DNA of 64,000 nt from a virus: IMG/VR virus record IMGVR_UViG_3300045988_159706. One strand, written 5' to 3'. The notes beneath the pieces are model-generated. The model was not told where the DNA came from. It searched no databases and saw only the letters and a program-made list of their open reading frames with translations. Position numbers and translations under genes: made by a program. Below are positions 1 to 7,764 of this stretch, piece by piece; position 1 is the first letter of the stretch; every line of letters starts with the position of its first letter.

Positions 1-1
1 A

Positions 2-268
2 ACATGTTCTGAAGTTATTTCTTTAGGAGACTATATGGGACTCCCATATGATCTTATACATAAGACTCCTGCAGATGGATTAACAGGAAAGTCTGATGAA
101 GAAAATTTTGGTTTTACATATAAAGAACTTGACACTCTTATTGTAAAGCAGCGAAATCTTACTTGCACAGGTAGAATACAATGTGCTTTTACTGAACAAG
201 AATTAAAAATCTTAAAATTACATGAAGCTGCGTATCACAAAGATTATGTAATTAAAATACATTATTAA
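2..268 (+). CDS. NAD+ synthetase (NadE)-like PP-loop enzyme, C-terminal fragment; gene starts upstream of the window
   Basis: The frame is open from base 2. LGDYMGLPYDLIHKTPADGLTGKSDEENFGFTYKELD resembles the conserved C-terminal K-x-P-[ST]-A-x-L...DE..lG..Y..lD block of NH3-dependent NAD synthetases. TAA stop at 266-268. Confidence 0.5.
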   Translation, partial: TCSEVISLGDYMGLPYDLIHKTPADGLTGKSDEENFGFTYKELDTLIVKQRNLTCTGRIQCAFTEQELKILKLHEAAYHKDYVIKIHY

Positions 269-269
269 T

Positions 270-1160
270 ATGGGAAGCGGATCATGGAGTTCTAGCACAT
301 ATAAAGCTTTTGCTGATAGCTATACTAAAAAATCCAGAGAAGAAATCTTTCATCAAAGATCTCTACACGAAGAAATGGATCTTACAAAAAGTAAGACGCA
401 TATTCGAGAATCTAGAGATTCTGAGGAACACCCAGAATCTCTTCCAGTTTTCATTGCATTAGATGAAACTGGTTCAATGGGTTCAATTCCTGATAAGATG
501 ATCAGGGATTATCTTCCGAAGTTAATGGATTCTATTATTGATTCTATTGGAGTTAAACACCCTCAAATTCTTTTTATGGGAGTAGGAGATCATGAATGTG
601 ATTACTGCCCGTGTCAGGTAGGTCAATTCGAATCTTCAACTGTTGCAATTAATCAATGTCTCTCTAAAATCTATTTGGAGGGTCGTGGTGGAGGTAATAG
701 TGGAGAATCCTACTTACTTCCTTGGATTATTGCAGGAAATCACACGTCAATTGATAGCTGGGAAAAGCGAAAGCAAAAAGGATTCCTTTTTACAGTTGGT
801 GATGAACCTACTTTGACAAGAATAAGTAGGGGAACTTTGGCATCCCTCACTGGAATGGAGTATGAGCGTGATTATACCTGGCAGGAGGCTTATGAACTTG
901 CCTGTGAGAAATATCATGTGTTTCATATCCATGTTCGACATGGAAGTGAACATTATGATGAGGTAGTAGCTAAACAAATGAAAGAAATTCTTAGAGAAAA
1001 CTTTATTGTGTGCAAACCTGATGAAGTTGTAGAAGCCATTTGTGAAGCTATGGGTAAAACTCTAAAAGGTAGCTCTTCAGTAATTGAAGAGGTTTCTGCA
1101 GAAAAAACTGTAGAAAATACAGAATCAAAACCTAATATATTTGACATACATCGACGATAA
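270..1160 (+). CDS. von Willebrand factor A (vWA) domain protein
   Basis: MIDAS-like VFIALDETGSMGS, then an alternating beta/alpha pattern and FTVGDEP. No in-frame TGA. TAATG stop/start coupling to the next gene. Confidence 0.6.
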   Translation: MGSGSWSSSTYKAFADSYTKKSREEIFHQRSLHEEMDLTKSKTHIRESRDSEEHPESLPVFIALDETGSMGSIPDKMIRDYLPKLMDSIIDSIGVKHPQILFMGVGDHECDYCPCQVGQFESSTVAINQCLSKIYLEGRGGGNSGESYLLPWIIAGNHTSIDSWEKRKQKGFLFTVGDEPTLTRISRGTLASLTGMEYERDYTWQEAYELACEKYHVFHIHVRHGSEHYDEVVAKQMKEILRENFIVCKPDEVVEAICEAMGKTLKGSSSVIEEVSAEKTVENTESKPNIFDIHRR

Positions 1161-2254
1161 TGTATAATATTGTAGTGGGTTGTACGTTTGGCGACGAGGG
1201 CAAGGGTCAAGTGACTCATGCCCTTTGTTGCGACGCTAAAAGAAAGCGTTTAAAACCTCTGGTTGTTAGATTTTCTGGAGGGCATCAATCAGGGCACACA
1301 GTAGCTACTTCATTTGGAACAATGCATATATTTTCTTGCTTTGGATCTGGAACATTTGCTGAAGCACCTACCTATTGGATGAAGCAATGTGTTATGGATC
1401 CACTACAATGGATGCGGGAACGAGAGGAGTTGGATTTCTTAGGATGTAATATCCCTATCCAATATTTTGATCCATATGTACAAGTAACAACTCCTTTTGA
1501 CGTAATGCTGAATTCTGAAAGGAGTAAAGGTTTTACAGTAGGAAAAGGGATATGGGAGACTGTTCAGAGACAAAGAGAAGGACTAGCTTTATATGTAAAA
1601 GATTTAGCTTTTCCTCAAGTTGTAAAAATGAAGCTCCGATTAATTAGAGAATGGGCGGAAGATAGACTCCAGTTTAAGGAAACTTATTCAAGATTTGCTC
1701 ATGTTTTCGATAACTTAGATTCTTTAGTACATACTTATTGTAAGATTTTTTATCCCAATATAGTATTGGAGGATACGTTATCTAAATTAGCATGGAAAGA
1801 AAAGACTTCTGTGATATTTGAGGGTTCTCAAGGAGTACTTTTGGACCCTAATATTGGATTTTCACATGAATATACTACCCCACTTCCATGTTGTCCATCG
1901 TGGGACAATCTCCCATTCTTTTTAAGTGATGATCAACTAATATTTAATTTTGTATATAGATCTTATTTAACAAGACATGGTAAAGGGCCTGTTGGAGGTT
2001 CTATATTCAAGGAGATTAATAATCCTTATGAAACAAATTTAAATAATCCTTTTCAAGGAGAATTTCAAACTTATGAATTCAATAAGGAATTAGTCTTGTA
2101 TGGAATTGATCATGTTAAATCACACTTTAATCCTGAATATAAGGTAAGGTTGATTGAAACATGTTGTGACATATGTGCAGGACATGACTTAGGAATCCCT
2201 TATAATTACTCTATCAAAACCTGCAAAAAGAATTTTGACTCTGTATGCAAATAA
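1160..2254 (+). CDS. Adenylosuccinate synthetase superfamily protein, short PurZ/archaeal-PurA-like form
   Basis: FGDEGKGQV (GDEGKGK loop), GGHQSGHTV (PurA GGhNaGHT), FEGSQGVLLD (EGAQG.lLD) and YLTRHGKGP (TRvG.GPF). At 364 aa it is clearly shorter than 430-aa bacterial PurA. No TGA. Confidence 0.75.
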   Translation: MYNIVVGCTFGDEGKGQVTHALCCDAKRKRLKPLVVRFSGGHQSGHTVATSFGTMHIFSCFGSGTFAEAPTYWMKQCVMDPLQWMREREELDFLGCNIPIQYFDPYVQVTTPFDVMLNSERSKGFTVGKGIWETVQRQREGLALYVKDLAFPQVVKMKLRLIREWAEDRLQFKETYSRFAHVFDNLDSLVHTYCKIFYPNIVLEDTLSKLAWKEKTSVIFEGSQGVLLDPNIGFSHEYTTPLPCCPSWDNLPFFLSDDQLIFNFVYRSYLTRHGKGPVGGSIFKEINNPYETNLNNPFQGEFQTYEFNKELVLYGIDHVKSHFNPEYKVRLIETCCDICAGHDLGIPYNYSIKTCKKNFDSVCK

Positions 2255-3066
2255 TTAACTTTTTATACCCAGAAAAGTCAGAAATAAAGTATCGAATTGA
2301 TACTTATCCTGATTCTCAATCTCATCTTGTACTTGAGTCTGAAATAGATAGACGAAAGTCTTTGTCGATATATACTAGACTGTCCAATTTGAATGATATT
2401 TGGATCCTAATGCAATTAGCTGATATTTGTCATCGTCAAGGTATCCAGATTTCCTTTTTACGAATAGCTTATTTATTTGCAGCACGAACTGATAGATTAT
2501 TTTCTTTTAACGAAGCATTAGATTTGGAGCTTGTTAAAAAATGTCTTACCTTTGTACAAGCAGATCAAATTCTAATATTAGATCTTCATTCTAAGCGTTT
2601 GATTACAGAAGGGGTAATTGATAATGACTGGCCTACATTCTTTGCTTTAGAAGCAAGTTCTAATATTCCAGAGAATGTTTTATTCCCTGACGAAGGTGCC
2701 TATCATCGTTACAGTGAGCTTTTAGACTTTAATATAAAATGTCGTACTACAACGTATGTTGCTACAAAGCATAGGATCTCAAGGGATAAGCTAGAGGTAA
2801 AATTACCTTCTGAAATAAAGCCAAATACTTCTATTCTAGTTTTTGATGATTTATGTGATGGTGGGGGAACTTTCTTTGCAATTCATAAAGCATTACAAGA
2901 TATGGGAGTAACTGATGTGCATTTACGTGTTACGCATGCTATCCAAAAAGAACCTTTAGTAAAGTTATCAAAACTTTACAAAACAATAACAATTACCAAT
3001 TCTTATAAGGATTGGGATAAAGAAGAACTTCCAAACAATATAAAAGTAATAAGAGTTTATGAATAA
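2245..3066 (+). CDS. Ribose-phosphate pyrophosphokinase (Prs)-like PRTase-fold protein
   Basis: PRPP-binding loop ILVFDDLCDGGGTF. ILDLHS resembles the Prs DLHa motif. 273 aa; overlaps both neighbours by a few nt. Confidence 0.6.
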   Translation: MQIINFLYPEKSEIKYRIDTYPDSQSHLVLESEIDRRKSLSIYTRLSNLNDIWILMQLADICHRQGIQISFLRIAYLFAARTDRLFSFNEALDLELVKKCLTFVQADQILILDLHSKRLITEGVIDNDWPTFFALEASSNIPENVLFPDEGAYHRYSELLDFNIKCRTTTYVATKHRISRDKLEVKLPSEIKPNTSILVFDDLCDGGGTFFAIHKALQDMGVTDVHLRVTHAIQKEPLVKLSKLYKTITITNSYKDWDKEELPNNIKVIRVYE

Positions 3067-3409
3067 ATTTAATGAAATTCTGAGTGCTACTGGAACTGCG
3101 GTACTCAAGAAACGTGCTGAAATCATCAATGCTGATGCCCGCGAAGCAGCTAAGGATCAGGTTAATCTCATTGAGAAAGAGATTCGTCAGATTAAGTCCA
3201 AGATTATGAATCTGGAGGATCTGTCGATTAAATCGACCGAATCACTGGTTGTAGGTACGGATTTTAAGGCAGATGAGTGGGTAACTCAGATGTTCAAGCT
3301 TCGTGATGACTTGCGCAACGCTGAAATCTGTCTGGAAATTGCTCAGAATATTTATAATGAGTATTTCACGGAACTTCCTGAAGTAGACTGTGATAAGAAA
3401 GCAGAATAG
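3059..3409 (+). CDS. Hypothetical coiled-coil protein with locally GC-richer codon usage
   Basis: Complete ORF with TAG stop. Visibly more CGT/CTG/GCT codons than the neighbours. Followed by a hairpin terminator. Confidence 0.6.
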   Translation: MNKFNEILSATGTAVLKKRAEIINADAREAAKDQVNLIEKEIRQIKSKIMNLEDLSIKSTESLVVGTDFKADEWVTQMFKLRDDLRNAEICLEIAQNIYNEYFTELPEVDCDKKAE

Positions 3410-3416
3410 CTTCATA

Positions 3417-3437
3417 GGCGGATTTACTCCGCCTTTT
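3417..3437 (+). terminator. Intrinsic terminator hairpin
   Basis: GGCGGA-TTTAC-TCCGCC followed by TTTT, 8 nt after the TAG stop. Confidence 0.7.
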
Positions 3438-3439
3438 AA

Positions 3440-3513
3440 GGGCCCTTAGCTCAATTGAATAGAGCATCTGACTACGAATTAGAAGGTTACAGGTTTGAGT
3501 CCTGTAGGGCCCA
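3440..3513 (+). tRNA. tRNA-Arg (anticodon ACG)
   Basis: 74-nt cloverleaf: acceptor GGGCCCT/AGGGCCC, D stem GCTC/GAGC, anticodon stem TCTGA/TTAGA with loop CTACGAA, T arm ACAGG-TTTGAGT-CCTGT. Confidence 0.9.
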
Positions 3514-3516
3514 CAT

Positions 3517-3720
3517 ATGAAAACTGTTTTATATAGAATACAATCAATTGAAGCCCCAGAAAATGAAGGGTTTCGGTATGGCTCATTAAGAACGCTATCT
3601 AAGACAAAGGTAGATGAAGAAATGTGCTTAAGGAATGAGTTTGGAAGTCATTATCTAATTAATGTTCCAGATTATTGAATTTGTGAGATTTTAAAAGAAA
3701 TAGAAGAAGATGATGTATAG
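3517..3720 (+). CDS. Small hypothetical protein (67 aa when TGA 3676-3678 is read through)
   Basis: ATG at 3517; MKTVLYRIQSIEAPENEGFRYG... continues past the TGA to TAG at 3718-3720, overlapping the next start. Too short for the ORF track. Confidence 0.35.
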
Positions 3721-4771
3721 TTTAGATGAAATAGGTATTTTACCTAGTTCAAAAGCCACGGATATTACAAGTCGTAGTGAGTGTAGTCCTTTAGGAGACT
3801 TAGGAACATATCCTATTTTTGTTTCTCCTATGACATCCGTTATTGATGAATCAAATTATCAACTTTTTACAAAGGCTGATGTGCTTCCAATTATTCCAAG
3901 ACGTGTAGATAATTTACAGTTTAGACTTAATGCATGTAACCATGTTTGGTGTGCATTTAGTTTAAAGGAATTTGAAACATTCTTTTGTGAAGGAGAACCT
4001 TCTGATGAGTGTCCTCTGGTACTTATTGATATGGCTAATGGCCACATGAAGAAAATTTATGACCTGGTTAAGAAGGCTAAGGAAAAGTGGAGCACGATTA
4101 TTATCATGGTAGGTAATATAGCTCATCCAGATCTTTATTGGGAATGCTATGATGCAGGGGTGGACTATGTTCGTGTAGGTATTGGAACTGGCAGTGTATG
4201 TACTACAGGAGTAAAAACTGGAGTACATGCTTCTATGGAATGGCTATTGCAACAATTAGTTAAGCGTCGATCCATGATTAAAGAGTCTCCTAAACCTAAA
4301 AAGGCTCCAAAGATTATCGCAGATGGAGGAATTTCTACAATAGATCGAGCTATAAAGTGTTTAGCTTTGGGCGCCGATTATGTAATGATGGGTAAAATGT
4401 TTGCTCAATGTAACGAAGCTTGTGGGTATGTTAGAACAAAGTGGCCAGATGATAATGATACTATACTTAAATATTTTGCATCTTTAACTAAAGCAGAAAG
4501 TGATCGAATCATTGAAGTGTATCCTAAAGAGCGATTATACTACGGAATGGCAAGTGAACGTGGTCAAAAGGATATTTCAAACACTAAAAAGGCCGAAGAA
4601 GGAATTGAAATTTGGGTTCCTGTTGAATATACTCTTGAATCTTTACTTTCTCAATTTGATTCTGCATTAAGGTCTGCTATGTCTTATACAGGATGTAGGA
4701 CTCTTGAAGAATTCAAAAATGTAAAATGGGAGTATATGTCTCCCTCTGAAAGAAATGCTTATTACAAATAA
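3710..4771 (+). CDS. GMP reductase / IMP dehydrogenase family protein (GuaC-like, no CBS insert)
   Basis: Catalytic-Cys loop GIGTGSVCTTGVKTGV, IADGGIST and GADYVMMG. 353 aa, the size of GuaC. No TGA. Confidence 0.75.
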   Translation: MMYSLDEIGILPSSKATDITSRSECSPLGDLGTYPIFVSPMTSVIDESNYQLFTKADVLPIIPRRVDNLQFRLNACNHVWCAFSLKEFETFFCEGEPSDECPLVLIDMANGHMKKIYDLVKKAKEKWSTIIIMVGNIAHPDLYWECYDAGVDYVRVGIGTGSVCTTGVKTGVHASMEWLLQQLVKRRSMIKESPKPKKAPKIIADGGISTIDRAIKCLALGADYVMMGKMFAQCNEACGYVRTKWPDDNDTILKYFASLTKAESDRIIEVYPKERLYYGMASERGQKDISNTKKAEEGIEIWVPVEYTLESLLSQFDSALRSAMSYTGCRTLEEFKNVKWEYMSPSERNAYYK

Positions 4772-4949
4772 AATGAATAATCTTGATTTATACACAGTAA
4801 TAGTTTTTGGAATCTTTGTTTTATGTTTATTATTAGGACTTGGATTTGCATTAACTATGTGGTCTGCTCCTTGGGGAATATTCTACTTCGGAGGAATGAT
4901 CGTGCTTACTATTTATTATCTTAATATATTAAAAGATAGGATAGAGTAA
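4755..4949 (+). CDS. Small membrane protein
   Basis: 64 aa with two hydrophobic spans (VIVFGIFVLCLLLGLGFALTMW, FYFGGMIVLTIYYL). TAA stop. Confidence 0.5.
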   Translation: MLITNKMNNLDLYTVIVFGIFVLCLLLGLGFALTMWSAPWGIFYFGGMIVLTIYYLNILKDRIE

Positions 4950-4970
4950 GGGAATGTAAATTCCCTATAA

Positions 4971-5044
4971 GTCCCTGTAGTTCAGTTGCATAGAACATCT
5001 CACTTCTAATGAGAAAGTCGCAGGTTGGAGCCCTGCCAGGGATA
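4971..5044 (+). tRNA. tRNA-Arg (anticodon TCT)
   Basis: 74-nt cloverleaf: acceptor GTCCCTG/CAGGGAT, D stem GTTC/GAAC, anticodon stem TCTCA/TGAGA with loop CTTCTAA, T arm GCAGG-TTGGAGC-CCTGC. Confidence 0.9.
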
Positions 5045-5061
5045 CAACGCTTAAGATTAAC

Positions 5062-5077
5062 ATATATATATATATAT
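5062..5077. repeat. (AT)8 microsatellite
   Basis: An atatatatatatatat run between the tRNA and the HNH gene. Confidence 0.9.
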
Positions 5078-5142
5078 TTAGATATGAATTTTATAGGTTA
5101 TGTTATAATATTTAACTAATTTTTAGAATGAATTCAAAATGA

Positions 5143-5769
5143 TTGTTAGAAAAAGAAAAATTAGAACAATTAATTTTAATTGATAAACTAAGTTACGAAG
5201 AGATAGGGAAAAAATATAATTGCTCTGGTAGTAATATTAAAAAAGTTGCTTCAAAAATAGGAATTACGTTACCAAAGAGACGTAAATTAAATCCTAATGA
5301 AACATTTAATAAAGGAGTGCATAAAGTAATTGTTTCTAATATTAATATCCCTAAACCTATACAAAAAGTTGGCACTAAAACTTATTGTCTTAACTGTGGA
5401 CATGAATTAGATGGATATGCCAAAAAATATTGCTCTAGTAAATGTCAAATAGAGTATAAACATAAATTAGCATATAAAAAATTTTTAGAAGGAGACCTTT
5501 CTATTATGAGAGCTAATTATAACCCTAGAGTATTTAAGAAAGATATTATAAAAGAACAAAACAATAAGTGTGCTATCTGTGGTTTAGAACCTGAGTGAAA
5601 TAATAAGGAGCTTGTTTTTATTTTAGATCATATTGACGGACATGCTGCAAACAATAAACGAGATAATTTAAGGTGTATATGTCCTAATTGTGATTCACAA
5701 TTAGATACTTATAAATCTAAGAATAAAAATGGAGATAGGCATTATTACAGATACCATAAAAATAAATAG
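5143..5769 (+). CDS. HNH homing endonuclease with N-terminal helix-turn-helix
   Basis: ORF 5143-5598 continues in frame through TGA 5596-5598: ...CAICGLEPE-W-NNKELVFILDHIDGHAANNKRDNLRCICPNCDSQL (HNH core plus Zn-binding Cys pairs). N-terminal LSYEEIGKKYNCSGSNIKKV looks like an HTH. TAG stop at 5767-5769. Confidence 0.8.
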
Positions 5770-5785
5770 TTTATCCTAAACTGGC

Positions 5786-5825
5786 GGCTGAATAGCCATT
5801 GTGGGTTCGAGTCCCACCCTCCGTA
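5786..5825 (+). pseudogene. 3' portion of a class II-like tRNA (extra-arm hairpin, T arm, acceptor 3' strand) with no 5' half
   Basis: GGCT-GAAT-AGCC hairpin, then a canonical T arm GTGGG-TTCGAGT-CCCAC, then CCTCCGT-A. No complementary ACGGAGG strand or D arm lies upstream. It starts 17 nt after the HNH stop. Confidence 0.5.
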
Positions 5826-5841
5826 CTAATAACATTATAAT

Positions 5842-6213
5842 ATGGCATGGATATACAGAGATAAAAATGGAGACTTAATGTTCTCCAAAGTAAAACCTGA
5901 AAAAGTTTATATTTTCAGATTTAAAAATTATGAAATTCATAAAGAATCAGAAAGTAAATATTTTATTGGGGATCGTAATTATATTTTTACAGTTAAAATA
6001 TTAGAATCTTATTTTCAACATCCTGGATATTATGAACTAAAAAGTTTTGATGGAGAGGAAGTATTAAGAAAAATTTATATTCAAGATGTTATTTTTGAAG
6101 GAGACTACACTATGGGTTTTCCTGTAGAATTTAAACCTGAGACTATTTCTGCTTTAAAATCTATTGTTGATTTAGAGAATCTTACTATTGAGGATGGATT
6201 AATTGAACTATAA
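5842..6213 (+). CDS. Hypothetical protein
   Basis: 123-aa ORF with TAA stop overlapping the next ATG (TAATG). No recognisable motif. Confidence 0.55.
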   Translation: MAWIYRDKNGDLMFSKVKPEKVYIFRFKNYEIHKESESKYFIGDRNYIFTVKILESYFQHPGYYELKSFDGEEVLRKIYIQDVIFEGDYTMGFPVEFKPETISALKSIVDLENLTIEDGLIEL

Positions 6214-6476
6214 TGAAAGAGATTAAAATTAACAATAACATTGAAGAAGATCATGTTCCTTTATATAATCCTGAAGGTAAGTTAGTTGGAATTATAGAAA
6301 ATGAACTAGCTTTTAATGATGTTCGTATTCAAATCATGGAAAACAAACTAAGAGGGTACTATATTGTATATAAAGGTCAGGTATGTCGAATAGATATTCA
6401 TGGAGAATTAGATATTTGGCCTAATGACTTATATAGGACAAATGTAGACCAACTATCAAAATTATTATGCTTTTAG
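6213..6476 (+). CDS. Hypothetical protein
   Basis: 87-aa ORF coupled to its neighbours. TAG stop. Confidence 0.55.
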   Translation: MKEIKINNNIEEDHVPLYNPEGKLVGIIENELAFNDVRIQIMENKLRGYYIVYKGQVCRIDIHGELDIWPNDLYRTNVDQLSKLLCF

Positions 6477-6477
6477 T

Positions 6478-6672
6478 ATGAAACAAATAAAAACATACTG
6501 TCCAAATTGTGGTAGGGAAACTATTCATGTTATTTATACAGAAGATGGAGATGGATATGGGGCTTCTGGTGTAGCAAGAATTTTTTCAAGTTTACTTTCC
6601 CTTGGAACGTCTAATTTAGCTTGTACTACATATAGTAAGTGTATTAGTTGTGGAAAGACTAAAGAATTATAA
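6478..6672 (+). CDS. Small zinc-ribbon protein
   Basis: CPNCG...CISCG Cys pairs at both ends of a 64-aa ORF. Confidence 0.55.
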   Translation: MKQIKTYCPNCGRETIHVIYTEDGDGYGASGVARIFSSLLSLGTSNLACTTYSKCISCGKTKEL

Positions 6673-6678
6673 CTAAAT

Positions 6679-7077
6679 ATGGGAACTATAGTAAAACCTT
6701 GTGATGATTACCTTCATATGTTAGAGATTCGTAAGTTACTTGAATCTAAAATAAAGGAGTTACATAATCCATGTATTCCCAGTATGTGGAGCCCTTTATC
6801 TATTTTAAGTGTACTTAATCATAAACTATTTTGTAGAGTTATATACAATGCTGTTTGCTATAGTATAGCAGAACGTAATCAGAAAAATATATCATCTAAA
6901 TATCTTGTGGCAGACATTTCTGTTATTGATGCTTTGTGTATGCATTTAACTGAAGAATGTCCTGGATTTGAAACTCCTAGATATTTATATAAAGTAAATA
7001 TTCTTGGAACAGTACTAGAGGTTATTCAGGACATTCCAAGACCAAATAAAGATAAATATAATTTTTTAATATTATAA
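6679..7077 (+). CDS. Hypothetical protein
   Basis: 132-aa ORF with TAATG coupling to the next gene. Confidence 0.55.
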   Translation: MGTIVKPCDDYLHMLEIRKLLESKIKELHNPCIPSMWSPLSILSVLNHKLFCRVIYNAVCYSIAERNQKNISSKYLVADISVIDALCMHLTEECPGFETPRYLYKVNILGTVLEVIQDIPRPNKDKYNFLIL

Positions 7078-7409
7078 TGAAAACACTTCTTTGGGTAGAT
7101 GATGCTCGTAATCCAATGGAAGATGATTGGATGAATTTTAGTCCAATTGGCAGAAATTGTAAAGTTGTATGGGCTCAATCTTACCAAGAAGCGATTGATT
7201 TTCTTGAGAAAGAATGGCCTGATGCAATTTGTCTAGATCATGATTTAGGGGAAGAGAAATCTGGATATGATATAGCTAAGTATATTGTGGATAAATGTAT
7301 AGATGAAGGATATATTCTTCCACAATTTGCAAGTCAATCTGCAAATCCTGTTGGTAGAGAGAATATTCTTTGTTTATTAAAAAACTACAGTAAACAAAGA
7401 CTCATATAA
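7077..7409 (+). CDS. Receiver-like (cREC/REC-fold) domain protein
   Basis: LLWVDDARNP...ICLDHDLGEEKSGYDIAKYIVD...SQSANPVGREN matches the phage/RNA-repair-associated receiver-like family pattern (vDD...lDHDLG...G.d....hS.NPvG). Confidence 0.55.
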   Translation: MKTLLWVDDARNPMEDDWMNFSPIGRNCKVVWAQSYQEAIDFLEKEWPDAICLDHDLGEEKSGYDIAKYIVDKCIDEGYILPQFASQSANPVGRENILCLLKNYSKQRLI

Positions 7410-7461
7410 CATGTACAAAAAGTTCGTCAATATAAACACGACTGGTTAACTGCGGTTCAGA

Positions 7462-7751
7462 ATGGAAAAGACTTGCCAAAGTGAAAATAGAACATTTTAC
7501 CATATAACTTTAAGAAGTAATCTTGAAAGCATATTAAATAAAGGGTTTATTCCCGATATTAGTATTAAATGTCAAAAATGTTATAATGACAATCCAGCTG
7601 AAAAGTTAGTTTATATGACTGATTTGGAAAGTGTAAAGGTGTGAGGAATGCTCTATATAGAGAAAATGATGATTGTATTATTTTTGAAGTTAATTGTGCA
7701 GAACTTAAATTATTAAAACATGTAAATATATACATGGTCCAGAAAATATAA
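7462..7751 (+). CDS. Small protein with an ambiguous 3' end: -1 frameshift product (7462-7638 joined to 7635-7751) or TGA read-through product (7462-7716)
   Basis: Frame 1 gives FYHITLRSNLESILNKGFIP...KLVYMTDLESVK, then TGA at 7642. The -1 frame from A-AAG (7635-7638) gives GVRNALYRENDDCIIFEVNCAELKLLKH with TAA at 7749-7751. Confidence 0.35.
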
Positions 7752-7764
7752 AATTGACCAATTT

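Noticed and set aside
747-1219. Minus-strand ORFs 747-977 and 953-1219, and similar ones at 3859-4228, 5193-5375, 8091-8399, 8465-8668, 8887-9111, 11920-12102, 12180-12386, 13954-14211, 18152-18337, 18768-18953, 21073-21285, 25368-25619, 31938-32150, 32350-32559, 33992-34394, 36686-36928, 37784-38050, 42458-42676, 43595-43885, 45299-45502, 49282-49524 and 53346-53531
   Set aside because: All lie antisense to plus-strand genes with clear family motifs or tight operon packing. Their products are low-complexity and typical of shadow ORFs in AT-rich DNA. Several run across tRNA genes or gene boundaries.
5045-5142. A 5' tRNA half upstream of the HNH gene that would make the 5786-5825 fragment a split, intron-containing tRNA
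   Set aside because: I looked for a strand complementary to CCTCCGT and for a D-arm-like GC-containing segment. The interval is almost pure AT with an (AT)8 repeat and contains neither.
5786-5825. The tRNA fragment as a prophage attachment site
   Set aside because: No integrase, excisionase or repressor-like gene is visible in the window, and the fragment sits inside a tRNA/homing-endonuclease island. The idea cannot be fully excluded without the rest of the genome.
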